Notes under the pieces: generated by a model
Databases searched by the model: none
Told to the model about the DNA's origin: nothing
What the model saw: only the letters and a program-made list of their open reading frames with translations
Shown here: positions 47,017 through 56,702 of the stretch, in pieces
How the letters are laid out: each line of letters starts with the position of its first letter
Position numbering within the stretch: the stretch's first letter is position 1
Made by a program: the position numbers and the translations under genes
Assembly (NCBI GenBank): GCA_964350165.1
Contig: CAYGJA010000003.1
Coordinates: forward strand, 4,233 to 68,232
DNA length: 64,000 bases
Direction: 5' to 3'
Source of the DNA: an uncultured Candidatus Saccharibacteria bacterium
Lineage (GTDB): Bacteria > Patescibacteriota > Minisyncoccia > Phycocordibacterales > UBA1006

Positions 47017-47211
47017 GCAGATATTCTATCATGCCAAAGAAAAAAGCCAGCAACCATGACGGTTGTAGCTTTTATGAAAAATAATGCGTGCGAGATTTAC
47101 ATTTTTGTTACGTTAGGGAATTTCCTTTGACCTAACGCATCACAAACAAAAATCAATGTGCACAACAAAATATGTCATAATACCGAGACTACTATTAATC
47201 AGATTTCATTC

Positions 47212-47919
47212 ATGCCCGACAAAGACAACCCCAAAATACTTACTCCAGCCGAGATTCGCGAAGGCTGTATCACTCTCAACCACGGCGAAAACAACGAATC
47301 CCGCCTGTGTGTTATCAACGAAGAATTTCGCCAGGCATTTGACTTTGTGTCTCAATTTCCAAAATCAGTCTCTGTTTTTGGCTCAGCCAGATTTACAGAA
47401 GGCAACGAATACTACGAAGCAGCTCGGTCGCTTGCAGCGCGAATCGTCAACGAAACAAACTACGCCATTGTGACCGGTGGTGGCCCGGGCATTATGGAGG
47501 GTGCCAATCGTGGAGCCAAAGAAGCCGGTGGTGTATCGGTGGGCCTGAGTATCCAACTTCCCATGGAACAAGTAACCAACCCCTACCTTACTCACGAGCT
47601 TAACTTCTATTATTTCTTCTCACGCAAAGTAACCTTGTCCTACGCAGCCGAGGCTTATGTATTTATGCCTGGTGGTTTTGGCACCATGGACGAACTCTTT
47701 GAAATCCTGACCCTCGTACAGACCCACAAAATAGAACGGGCACCGATTATCCTCTACGGCACCGAATTCTGGAAACCAATGATGGAATTTGTTATCGAAA
47801 AAATGCGCGACGACTGGAAAACCATCGACCCTAACGACCTAGACCTCATGACAATCACTGACAAACCAGATTTGATTATTGATATCATCAAAAGCGCACC
47901 AATTCGAAAACGCGCCTAG
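47212..47919 (+). CDS. LOG-family protein (TIGR00730 Rossmann-fold nucleotide-binding, cytokinin-riboside-5'-phosphate phosphoribohydrolase-like)
   Basis: ...SVFGSARF...IVTGGGPGIMEGANRGA...YVFMPGGFGTMDELFEILTLVQ. The PGGxGTxxE motif is diagnostic. Confidence 0.8.
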   Translation: MPDKDNPKILTPAEIREGCITLNHGENNESRLCVINEEFRQAFDFVSQFPKSVSVFGSARFTEGNEYYEAARSLAARIVNETNYAIVTGGGPGIMEGANRGAKEAGGVSVGLSIQLPMEQVTNPYLTHELNFYYFFSRKVTLSYAAEAYVFMPGGFGTMDELFEILTLVQTHKIERAPIILYGTEFWKPMMEFVIEKMRDDWKTIDPNDLDLMTITDKPDLIIDIIKSAPIRKRA

Positions 47920-47922
47920 AGC

Positions 47923-48486
47923 CTAGAATATCTTGTCCCAGAGTGATGTTCCCCCAAGTGCAACGGTGGCAATAGACCAAACCAACAACATATTCCCAAG
48001 CAATAGCGGCGCAACCATTCGCCGAAACGGATATCCTAAAAAAGCCAATATAAACATCAAAACATCTCCCGGAAACGGAGTAAATCCGGTATAGATAATT
48101 ATGACGCCCTGAACCAGGATTTCTTTTTGCTTGTTCATTATTTTTCTAAATTTTTCGAGCCATGCTTGGATTTTTTCCGGTATAACCTGATGGCTACTTT
48201 GTCCAAAAGCATAAAAAACAAGATCGCCAATCAAAAGTGCTGGCCCACAGACCAACATCATAATCCCTATCGGCACCCCACCAATAGCAAGACCGCCAAT
48301 AACCGCAAAAAAAGAAGCAGATGTCACCGTGGAGACACCACCCAAGAGAGATACTAAAAAAGCCACCACCAAGCTATTCCGAACGCCCAAACGCCCTACA
48401 ACTTCGCTTGGTGATACAAATGAAAACAAAACCGTGATAGTAACAATCACGAGCAAAAACATCAGGAATTTTTTCTTAGAACTCAT
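47923..48486 (-). CDS. DedA/VTT-domain-like small membrane protein, tentative
   Basis: 187 aa, four or five TM helices; ...VIIIYTGFTPFPGDVLMFILAFLGYP... Weak resemblance only. Confidence 0.3.
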   Translation of the reverse strand: MSSKKKFLMFLLVIVTITVLFSFVSPSEVVGRLGVRNSLVVAFLVSLLGGVSTVTSASFFAVIGGLAIGGVPIGIMMLVCGPALLIGDLVFYAFGQSSHQVIPEKIQAWLEKFRKIMNKQKEILVQGVIIIYTGFTPFPGDVLMFILAFLGYPFRRMVAPLLLGNMLLVWSIATVALGGTSLWDKIF

Positions 48487-48517
48487 TACCTGATAAGTAT
48501 ATCAGGAACAGAATTTT

Positions 48518-50434
48518 CTATATTTTATTTTTATACAAATCAACCGCATAATCACGCCACCAGGTACCAGCATTGGGTCCCCCATTACAGTACCCATCGG
48601 ATTCACCAGGGGTTTTGATCCAGAGATTAGCGTCGTGAGAACCAGCAAAAACAAATCCTGGCACTTCACCCAGACCTCTACCCCACGGGTTACACCACTC
48701 ATATACAGGGCTTTGCCCTTGACCGTTACGACTAGTGTCAACAACATACCCTTTTCCACCTAGCAACGCACTTAAATTGTCCCCGTATTTCTTTGTATCG
48801 ACAGTTCGAACATAGTTAGAAACGTTAAGAGCAAAGCCCCGAGCCATTTTAATGTTAACCAATTGCAATCTCTTTGACATCTCCTTGGCATCTACCCAAA
48901 ACGCATGTCCAGCATCAATATACACATAAGAATTATCAACCGTAGACAATGTCGTTACGGCATAATTAATTGCGTCAATTCTTCTTTGCTGAGAATCAGA
49001 ATCCAAACAATTAAGCATTGCGAGCGCGTCAGGTTCTACAATAAAAACGGCGTTTTCTGTTGTTGCCTGTTTTATCTGATCAATCCAAGAACGATACGCC
49101 TCATAAGAATTTGCCCCACCAGAGGAATACAGACCACAATCACGCTGAGGAATATTATAAAGAACAAACACCGGTATCACATTGTCTAATCGAGCAGCCA
49201 ACATTGCTCGCTCAATTAGCTTAAAATCATAAGAATTCCCGTTTAGCCAAGTTGATTGCGGTTGACTACTAATATAATTTAACGCACTCAGAACTTCGGA
49301 AGGAGCACCAGCCATGCGTGCTTGTCTCAAATCAGACTCTATGGCTGGTTTTTCAGCAAAATACAGACCAGAGACATTTCCCCAGTCCTCCAATTTTTTA
49401 GCGCTAGAAGCAAGAGGGGCGCTTTTTTTTACAGTATCAGACACGACAACCTCATCTTGATTCTGAGGGATGTCTGGTTGCAATATTCCACCTTGAGCCA
49501 AAATTCCCCCACTTTCTTGAACAGGATTTGTATTTTCACCAATATCAACCTGCCCATCAAGACCTTCAAGGATTACATCGTTGCCATTTTGACGACGAAA
49601 AGTTAGTTCAATCTGTGATAGGCGTTCTCCGGAAATATTTTCAAATATGAGAGTAATAGGATAGGGCCCTTCTCCCTTCCACCACCAGCCAGAAAAATTA
49701 ATTGACAAAATAGGGTTGCCAAATTCATCACGCTTGTTCACGATGTTTTCGTGTCCACCCTCAACACTCCAATACACATTAAAATCACGAGCATCTAGAT
49801 CGGCAATATCGACAAGCACGTCTTGTGTTATCCAGTCTTTTTTTTCTTGTGTTAGCCAGACAAGCCGTGCTTTCCCCTCCTTTGCACTACTAACACCGGC
49901 GACGATTGGCTTGGGTTTGTCTCCCTCCTCTCCTGTCAAGATATTTTTTGAGCGAGGCAGTTGAGCATTCGGTTCGGCTTGAACTTTTTTGGTTTCTGTA
50001 CTGATACTCACCAAATCTTGCTCAATGGTATAGACGACTCGGCGAGAACTGGCAACTTCGACGCCGTCTTGGTAAGCATGAAAAATAACTTCATACCGAT
50101 TGTCTTTTCTCCAATTCCAATCATCAACAACAACACTGTCCGTGTAGTTAATGCCGTCAAAACCAAGAACTCCGCTACGAACACCCCCATCCACAGACCA
50201 ACGAAATTCATCAGCGCCACTTTTTAATAGGGGTCGAACACGAAAGGTTTGAGTCCCTGACACATAGACATTATCCAAGGGCAAAACAATCCCGAGATCT
50301 TCTGATAAAAAATTACCACCAAGATCCGTCTCCACAGAGCCAAAGCGATAAATCGCCATAGTCAGCAGAAACAACAAAGAAAGCACTAGCACACTTTCCT
50401 TTACTAATTTTTTTGTAATTCTACCTATCTTCAT
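48518..50434 (-). CDS. Secreted glycoside hydrolase family 6 (cellulase/cellobiohydrolase-type) with ~300-aa N-terminal accessory region
   Basis: C-terminal half: ...VFVLYNIPQRDCG..., ...FIVEPDALAMLNC..., ...YIDAGHAFWV..., ...NVSNYV..., ...VDTSRNGQG..., ...LWIKTPGESDGYCNGGPNAGTWW... These match the GH6 blocks (YxIPxRDC, EPDSLAN, YxDAGHAGW, NVSNY, IDTSRNG, WIKxPGESDG). N-terminal signal anchor present. Confidence 0.8.
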   Translation of the reverse strand: MKIGRITKKLVKESVLVLSLLFLLTMAIYRFGSVETDLGGNFLSEDLGIVLPLDNVYVSGTQTFRVRPLLKSGADEFRWSVDGGVRSGVLGFDGINYTDSVVVDDWNWRKDNRYEVIFHAYQDGVEVASSRRVVYTIEQDLVSISTETKKVQAEPNAQLPRSKNILTGEEGDKPKPIVAGVSSAKEGKARLVWLTQEKKDWITQDVLVDIADLDARDFNVYWSVEGGHENIVNKRDEFGNPILSINFSGWWWKGEGPYPITLIFENISGERLSQIELTFRRQNGNDVILEGLDGQVDIGENTNPVQESGGILAQGGILQPDIPQNQDEVVVSDTVKKSAPLASSAKKLEDWGNVSGLYFAEKPAIESDLRQARMAGAPSEVLSALNYISSQPQSTWLNGNSYDFKLIERAMLAARLDNVIPVFVLYNIPQRDCGLYSSGGANSYEAYRSWIDQIKQATTENAVFIVEPDALAMLNCLDSDSQQRRIDAINYAVTTLSTVDNSYVYIDAGHAFWVDAKEMSKRLQLVNIKMARGFALNVSNYVRTVDTKKYGDNLSALLGGKGYVVDTSRNGQGQSPVYEWCNPWGRGLGEVPGFVFAGSHDANLWIKTPGESDGYCNGGPNAGTWWRDYAVDLYKNKI

Positions 50435-50474
50435 GAATATTACAGGATATCACATCAAAAACTAAATCTCGCCA

Positions 50475-51521
50475 CTACAAAAGTTCTGGGTTTTTAAGTT
50501 TTAACAAACCCCGCAAATCTTTTACCTTGTGAACAGAGTCCCGATGAACAATCAAAAGAGCATCTGGGGTTTCTACCACATAGATATCCTGAACACCAAC
50601 CACCGCAATATGTTTTGTGGCACCATGAGTCAACGTTCCCAAAGCATCAACATAAGTCACGTTAGCATTTTCACATACAAAATCTTTCTCTTTTGATGGA
50701 TTCTGCAATTCAAGTAACGAGCGCCAGTTGCCAACATCACTCCATCTCATTTCTGTTTTCACAACACTCTGCTCTTTTTTGTGAACGGTATACAAATCTT
50801 CAATCGAACCGCTAGGCATAGTTGAGAAAATCTTATCTATATCTGTTGTATCAACAGAATACAAACTCTCGACTTCTTCTAAAAAGTTTCGAGCCTTCAT
50901 TACCTTGTAACCAGTATTCCACAAATAGCGACCTGATTTTACAAATTTTTTAGCCTTACTGTATTTTGGTTTTTCTAAAAATTTTTTCACTCCGTACACA
51001 TCACCCAATCCTTTTCTCGTTATTTTTATGTATCCAAAACCTATCTCAGGATAATACGGTTTAGTTCCTACAGAAACAAGCTCTTCTGGGTTACGTTCAA
51101 CGCGGGAAAAAGCATTAATCAGGGCGTTTTCAAATAAGTCTTCATCAAAAATATAGTGGTCTGACCAGACAACAGCGACCTGCGCGTCAGGATTACGACG
51201 ATAAATATCTGATATTCCCAAAACAATCGCAGGAAAATTATCCTTACGCTCTGGCTCGATAATAATCCGGTCATTAGATACTAAGGGTAGCTGCTCGCGA
51301 ACATGTTCAGAAAAATCTTGATTGCAAACGGTAATCACTTTTTCACTTCCAACAAGACGAGAACAGCGACCCTCCATCAGCTGAAATAAGCTCTTGCTGT
51401 TATCAAAAATCTGATGAAACTGCTTAGGAAAGCACTCGCGAGACAAAGGCCAAAGCCGACTGCCTACACCACCCGCAACCAAGAGAATATACCGATCTTT
51501 GCTTTTATCTTTTGCGTCCAT
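50475..51521 (-). CDS. Sugar-1-phosphate nucleotidyltransferase (mannose-1-phosphate guanylyltransferase-like, ManC/CpsB family)
   Basis: ...YILLVAGGVGSRLWPLSRECFPKQF... N-terminal NTP_transferase motif; 348 aa. Confidence 0.7.
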   Translation of the reverse strand: MDAKDKSKDRYILLVAGGVGSRLWPLSRECFPKQFHQIFDNSKSLFQLMEGRCSRLVGSEKVITVCNQDFSEHVREQLPLVSNDRIIIEPERKDNFPAIVLGISDIYRRNPDAQVAVVWSDHYIFDEDLFENALINAFSRVERNPEELVSVGTKPYYPEIGFGYIKITRKGLGDVYGVKKFLEKPKYSKAKKFVKSGRYLWNTGYKVMKARNFLEEVESLYSVDTTDIDKIFSTMPSGSIEDLYTVHKKEQSVVKTEMRWSDVGNWRSLLELQNPSKEKDFVCENANVTYVDALGTLTHGATKHIAVVGVQDIYVVETPDALLIVHRDSVHKVKDLRGLLKLKNPELL

Positions 51522-51522
51522 A

Positions 51523-54198
51523 CTACTTCAGTGCCCCTTCTTTCCACAGATTAGGTAAATTACCATTAAAAAGAGCGAGGCCCAACCAAGACCAATTGTT
51601 GGTGTAATAGTTAGCGTCTCCATCTCCCCAGTAAGCTATTTCCAATTCGTCGTCGACAGTGAATTGTTGAGTAAACCGAGTATCATACATCTCAGAAACC
51701 AGCTCCGGATCACCAGAAAACTTTAAGCCAGATATTATTCCAGCCTCCACGGCAGAAGAAGAATAACTAACCTGAGATATCCCGCTCAAGCCATAAATAG
51801 CTGAAAAACGACCACGACGAGACCATTCTCTTTCCCAAAAAGCAGTGTATCTATCCAAATAAGTAATGGCAGCGTCACTGCCGAACCACTCTGCGTCCAA
51901 GCCAACTCTCCAGAACACCCGAAAAGCGTCAAAACCAAAAGCGTCTGCTCCACCGCCGCTTGAAGCATATCGGCTAGCGCTCTCCAACACGCCATTGTTT
52001 GCGTTTACCATAATCCAATTTGGAGGCAAACCAGGATTCGCACCCCCCTGTATTCGCAAACGGTTAAGCACTGAGTAAGTATCTTCAGCTAACGCCAACC
52101 ACTTATGATCAGTTTTTTTGTCAAACTCAGCAAAAATGCGGTAGTGCCCCGGAGAAAAGTATGAAGGGTTAACTAAATACCAGTCACCTCTTGTTGCGGA
52201 CTTTTTCTCTGTAGCTAACAAATAATAATTACCTCGCACAGACACCACAGACTGCTCCCAAATGGCATCCAAAAGATCTTGTGCGTCTTCGTAATAAGCA
52301 GGATTATCAAATATCTTTCCGGCAAAAATAAGAGCCAGTGCTGCATCTAGATCGGCGTCTATAGCAGGATTAGAGTCGACCTGCTTACCGTCTCGCCATT
52401 GCCAAGAAAGCAAATTGTCTTGAACACGGTGTTGCAAATGGTCCTGTGTCCATAACCAAATACCATCAAAAGCATCTTCGTCCGCCATGACCACCGCCCG
52501 AAGCATTGCATACGCCTGCCCTTCAGATGTAGTATTTCTCGTGTCAGGGTCAATAACTTGGCCATAATCAAAAATAAAATTTTGCTTATAATAATTCCAA
52601 GCAAATTGAAGCTGGGTCTCTGTGGTTCCGTTTATTTTATAAATAGCGGCCCAGTCTCCATTCGTACTACGAAAATCTTGAATATCAAGATAGGCAGTAC
52701 TTCCTTCCGTCCATTTTATAAGCGGTCTTGAGTTTCTAATAGCATCTCGCACCACAGGCAAATCATTCACTTCGGATTGATAAATCATTTCGTGAGACAA
52801 AAACACATAATCAAGGTTCCTCCAGTCATTTTTATATTTTTCAAACCGAATCTCTGGGTCAAGGGCAATCTTGAAATACCAGTCGGCATTATCAAAAACC
52901 TTATCATTTACATAATCTGGATTATGTAATTCGGTGAGTGCATAAACATCAGTCATAATAGCGGCATTTTTCGGCAAATTCTCTTTTACCCACCGAATGG
53001 CTGCAACCTGATTTCTGGTTTCGTTCTTTGTAAGGTATTTAGGTATGTGTTTTGGGTAATACCCAACCAAAACCACCAAAAGAGGAAGTCCTACGAACAA
53101 AACCTTTACCCAATGAGGCCAGCGAATAATCAAACTATTCTCCTCTAACCATTTAATAAGTGAGACTGCGGTTATCACGGCAAAGGGAACTAGTGGCAAA
53201 ATATAAAAGCCGATTACCACCCCTCCCCGAATTAAGAAGTAAAAATAAAACAGAGTCGAAAGAGCTATAAAACGATATTTTCTTGAGGCGCACGCCAAGA
53301 ATATTGCCGAAAGCACACAAATCCCCAAAAAATAGACATATAATTTATCGAGCAACATCCACGAACCCAAATTATCAACAAAAGAACTGGCCGGGTGCCA
53401 AAAAGGCACCTCGGTACCTCGAGAGGCCTGATATTGAGTGGAGCCAATAAGACTCACTCTTCCTGAATTTGGAAAAAATTCTGTTTTTATCAGTGCGTAG
53501 ATAAACCACAGACTAAGAACAGAGCCCGAGATAGCTAGCCAACCAAATATTCTAAAGTTCTTTTTTATCGGCCAATGAGATGTTACTACTTTCCACAAAA
53601 GAGGTGGGCCAAACATTACAGAAGTGACTTTGGTTACAACCGCAAATCCAAAAACGAGACCACTTGAGAGCACGCTACTTAGGTTCATTTTGGGCCGATG
53701 AAGTAGTGCCGTGGAAATCAAGAGCCAAGTCACCATAATATTGTCGAGAAGGATACGTCTTTGAAAATAAACTGTCACTGGTGAAATAGTGAAGAGTAAG
53801 CCAGCCAAAAGCGCTAGCCAGCGAGATCCGGTTATTTTTTTGGCTAGATACACCACCAACCAAAGTTGCACCAAATGCAACACCAACATAAAAGCTCGAC
53901 CCGTGTTCAGAGAATTACCAAAAGTATTCCAATCTCCTCCAATCAAATCAACCCAGGCTCCCAGCACATACCAACCAAAGGGAGGGTGGTCGTACCAATA
54001 CGTATAAGGCGTCAATTCTCCAGTGCTTTCTACTGACCAAGCCTGTGACATATAAGTACCCTCGTCACTTTCATAGTAAGGATACGCAAACATGTTGTAA
54101 CCATGAAGAAACAAGGCCAATCCAAACAAAAACACAGTTGCCACCTGATAACCGTTTTTGTTAAAAAAATTCTTTATTTTTAAAAAAATATGTTTCAT
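51523..54198 (-). CDS. Fusion protein: N-terminal GT39/PMT-type (polyprenol-phosphate-sugar dependent) membrane glycosyltransferase domain plus C-terminal GH8-like (BcsZ-type endoglucanase) domain
   Basis: N-terminal ~450 aa are polytopic with ...AYPYYESDEGTYMSQAW... (DE motif in first loop) and ...YTYWYDHPPFGWY... (PMT/ArnT-like HPP). C-terminal ~450 aa have ...DPDTRNTTSEGQAYAMLRAV... and ...IDADLDAALALIFAG..., matching GH8 SEGQxYGM and ASDADLxxAxAL blocks. Confidence 0.6.
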   Translation of the reverse strand: MKHIFLKIKNFFNKNGYQVATVFLFGLALFLHGYNMFAYPYYESDEGTYMSQAWSVESTGELTPYTYWYDHPPFGWYVLGAWVDLIGGDWNTFGNSLNTGRAFMLVLHLVQLWLVVYLAKKITGSRWLALLAGLLFTISPVTVYFQRRILLDNIMVTWLLISTALLHRPKMNLSSVLSSGLVFGFAVVTKVTSVMFGPPLLWKVVTSHWPIKKNFRIFGWLAISGSVLSLWFIYALIKTEFFPNSGRVSLIGSTQYQASRGTEVPFWHPASSFVDNLGSWMLLDKLYVYFLGICVLSAIFLACASRKYRFIALSTLFYFYFLIRGGVVIGFYILPLVPFAVITAVSLIKWLEENSLIIRWPHWVKVLFVGLPLLVVLVGYYPKHIPKYLTKNETRNQVAAIRWVKENLPKNAAIMTDVYALTELHNPDYVNDKVFDNADWYFKIALDPEIRFEKYKNDWRNLDYVFLSHEMIYQSEVNDLPVVRDAIRNSRPLIKWTEGSTAYLDIQDFRSTNGDWAAIYKINGTTETQLQFAWNYYKQNFIFDYGQVIDPDTRNTTSEGQAYAMLRAVVMADEDAFDGIWLWTQDHLQHRVQDNLLSWQWRDGKQVDSNPAIDADLDAALALIFAGKIFDNPAYYEDAQDLLDAIWEQSVVSVRGNYYLLATEKKSATRGDWYLVNPSYFSPGHYRIFAEFDKKTDHKWLALAEDTYSVLNRLRIQGGANPGLPPNWIMVNANNGVLESASRYASSGGGADAFGFDAFRVFWRVGLDAEWFGSDAAITYLDRYTAFWEREWSRRGRFSAIYGLSGISQVSYSSSAVEAGIISGLKFSGDPELVSEMYDTRFTQQFTVDDELEIAYWGDGDANYYTNNWSWLGLALFNGNLPNLWKEGALK

Positions 54199-54202
54199 GA
54201 TC

Positions 54203-56401
54203 TTATTGTGCGGTTTGTGTTTCTCTTGCCAAAACATCTACACCGCTACCAGCATCAACCCTGTGATTATTTAAGTGCTCAGTCTTCTCCCAAGAAGTAT
54301 TATTTTTTAGGTTGCGGTACATGGCCCTGATACCTGCAAAAGCCAAGAGTATGGTGTAGGGATAAAAAGAAAGAACAATAAAAGGTATTCTTAGCCAAGG
54401 AAAAGGTTTATTGTATTCCTGCGTAAACTCATATAACCCCAAAAGCTGAACCACCACAAAGATTAAAAACAATATCAAAGGAATGTTTGATAGCACTGCG
54501 ACAGTGGGAGGCAGGTCAACCATAAACATGGTTGCAATACCAAAAGGAAGCACCATAAAAAGAACCAGCAAGGTGAATGGCCAGCTTAGCACATAGAGAG
54601 CCAAAAGCTTTTGGCGCAAAGTAGGAAAACGAAGCCAAACGCCTCGACTAATAATTTGAAGAAATCCTTGTGCCCACCTTGTTCGTTGCTTCACGAAACT
54701 CCACAACGAAGGAGGTGTCTCTTCCTGAGTTGCATGTTCTGCGTCGTAAACAACACCAATCCTTGCCCCAGCCTGAGACAAACGAATTCCGACATCTGCA
54801 TCTTCGGTAAGACAAGAGTTGTCCCAGCCACCAACATGGTTCAGCCAGCTTCTCTTGAAAAAAACCGTAACCCCTCCAAGCGTAGTCACTCCCTGGTTTG
54901 CAAAATAATGCAGAGAGGACTTAAACCAAAAATAATATTCCAGTACATTAAACAATGAATACCAACGATAATCATAATTCATCAACTGAACACCAGACTG
55001 CACCACATCCAGATTTCTTTGAATCATTTCCGTATTTATAATATGGAATAATTCAGTATGAGGCTCATCTTCAGCATCAAAAATCACGACCACATCGCCT
55101 CGTGATTCTTTGAGTGCGTGATTAAGCCCATGAGGCTTGTTAACGGGAGCGACATCATACGTAACCAATCGCAGATTTGACTTCCCAATAGTGTCAATCG
55201 TTTCGCGAACAATACCGATTGTTCCATCATCAGTACCCTCATGGATTACCACAATTACCTCGAACATATGCTCAGGGTAACTCATGGAGCTTAGTGTTTT
55301 TAGCGTATCGGCAATTGCATATCGCTCATGTTTACAAGGAACAATTGCGGTAAATGAAAATTCAGGAGTAACGTATTGCTTCGGAGAAGTGTGCACGGCC
55401 CCGTCTTCTCCCTCGGCATCCATCCAAGAGAAGATCATGAGATACAGAGCAAAAAGGCCTTGCAAGATAATAAAGGAGTACGCCAGTACAAGAATAAAAT
55501 AACCAGTGTCCTTGACTGAGACAAAATCAGTCACTACCGCCAAAGAAACAAATATCCCTAATAATACCAAAAAATACCTGTTCGCATTTCGAAATCCAGA
55601 TACAACAAATGGTCTTACCAACAAAAAAGAAACTAGCCCTCCCACGAACACAGACACGATATATTGCATCATTGTCCCTTGAAAGAAATGTTGCTGCATC
55701 CAAAATATAGAAAAAGCCACCAAAACAGACCAGACTATTGACAAGGATAGTGGGGTCATATTTTTTTTCTTCTGACTATTGGAGAAAATCCAATCAGAAG
55801 CAGTTATGGAGAGAATAAATGTCAAAAACAACACTAGCAATATACCTTCAAAAGCAAAGAAACCAGAGTTCTTTGCACCAAAAAAAACCTCTAAATAATG
55901 AGCGGCGGCGGTCAAAGCAGTAAGAAAGAGGACCAAAAAAAAGTGCTTGAGTAAAGGGTTCCCAAAAGAGGTTTTTCTAAAAATTGTGGCTATATCAGAA
56001 ATGAAACGTAGCCCCTGGCCAGCACTAGCCTTGCTTTCTTCATTTTCGCGCGACATAAAAGTAAAAGGAATATCCTGAACTCTTAAGCCCTCCTCTCTAA
56101 CCAACAACTCCACAAGAATTTTAAAACCATAAGACCCAAAAGTTATTTTCTCCAAAATATTTGCCCGAAAAGCAAAGAAACCAGTCATAGGATCAGTTGT
56201 TTTTTGGGTTCCAGGCAACACAGCCCATACGAACCAAGTAGCAACTCTAGAAACAATCCTGCGATACCGACTAGACAGACCATCGGCACTACCCCCCTTT
56301 GTATAGCGACTAGCTATCACAAGGTCTCGCTCCCCTCTTCTTAATACATTCAGAAGATCTACTATTTTTCCGGAGGATGTTGAAGATCCGTATCCATGCA
56401 A
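54203..56401 (-). CDS. Dual-domain GT2 membrane glycosyltransferase, main frame: C-terminal part of a DPM1-like GT2, TM region, then a processive QxxRW-type GT2 (cellulose/chitin/hyaluronan-synthase-like)
   Basis: ...IVDLLNVLRRGERDLVIASRY...GFFAFRANIL... (DPM1-like C-terminal half); second domain FTAIVPCKHERYAIADTL...VVIFDAEDEP (DxD)...LTEDADVG (TED)...VKQRTRWAQGFLQI (QxxRW). The N-terminal half of the first GT2 lies in a different frame at 56362-56697. Confidence 0.65.
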   Translation of the reverse strand: MHGYGSSTSSGKIVDLLNVLRRGERDLVIASRYTKGGSADGLSSRYRRIVSRVATWFVWAVLPGTQKTTDPMTGFFAFRANILEKITFGSYGFKILVELLVREEGLRVQDIPFTFMSRENEESKASAGQGLRFISDIATIFRKTSFGNPLLKHFFLVLFLTALTAAAHYLEVFFGAKNSGFFAFEGILLVLFLTFILSITASDWIFSNSQKKKNMTPLSLSIVWSVLVAFSIFWMQQHFFQGTMMQYIVSVFVGGLVSFLLVRPFVVSGFRNANRYFLVLLGIFVSLAVVTDFVSVKDTGYFILVLAYSFIILQGLFALYLMIFSWMDAEGEDGAVHTSPKQYVTPEFSFTAIVPCKHERYAIADTLKTLSSMSYPEHMFEVIVVIHEGTDDGTIGIVRETIDTIGKSNLRLVTYDVAPVNKPHGLNHALKESRGDVVVIFDAEDEPHTELFHIINTEMIQRNLDVVQSGVQLMNYDYRWYSLFNVLEYYFWFKSSLHYFANQGVTTLGGVTVFFKRSWLNHVGGWDNSCLTEDADVGIRLSQAGARIGVVYDAEHATQEETPPSLWSFVKQRTRWAQGFLQIISRGVWLRFPTLRQKLLALYVLSWPFTLLVLFMVLPFGIATMFMVDLPPTVAVLSNIPLILFLIFVVVQLLGLYEFTQEYNKPFPWLRIPFIVLSFYPYTILLAFAGIRAMYRNLKNNTSWEKTEHLNNHRVDAGSGVDVLARETQTAQ

Positions 56402-56697
56402 ACGATAAATTCGCCCTTTGCTTGTGCGAAGCCTGCCTGAAAAGCCCTAGTAAGACCAGTTTTTGCTTCTTTTCCTTCTCGTTTTAGCAAACTAATATTG
56501 GGACATAGTCGTTGTTGCTCTCGAATAATATCGGCGGTATCATCAAAACTATCGTCAACAAAAAGATATTCTGCTTCTAAATTATTTTGAGCAACAACAG
56601 TCTGTAACCGTTGCACCAAAGGCCGTATGTTTGCCGACTCGTTAAAAGTAGGCAAAACAATCGATATTTCTGGCCTTGAACGCAAAAATTTTGACAT
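56362..56697 (-). pseudogene. N-terminal half of the DPM1-like GT2 domain, separated from 54203-56401 by a -1/+2 frameshift at an A5 homopolymer (~56375)
   Basis: MSKFLRSRPEISIVLPTFNESANIRPLVQRL...EYLFVDDSFDDTADIIRE...GEFIVCMDTDLQHPPEK* ; the next frame continues ...KIVDLLNVL... Inserting one A restores ...HPPEKIVDLLNVL..., the expected GT2 sequence. Confidence 0.6.
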
Positions 56698-56702
56698 GAA
56701 CC

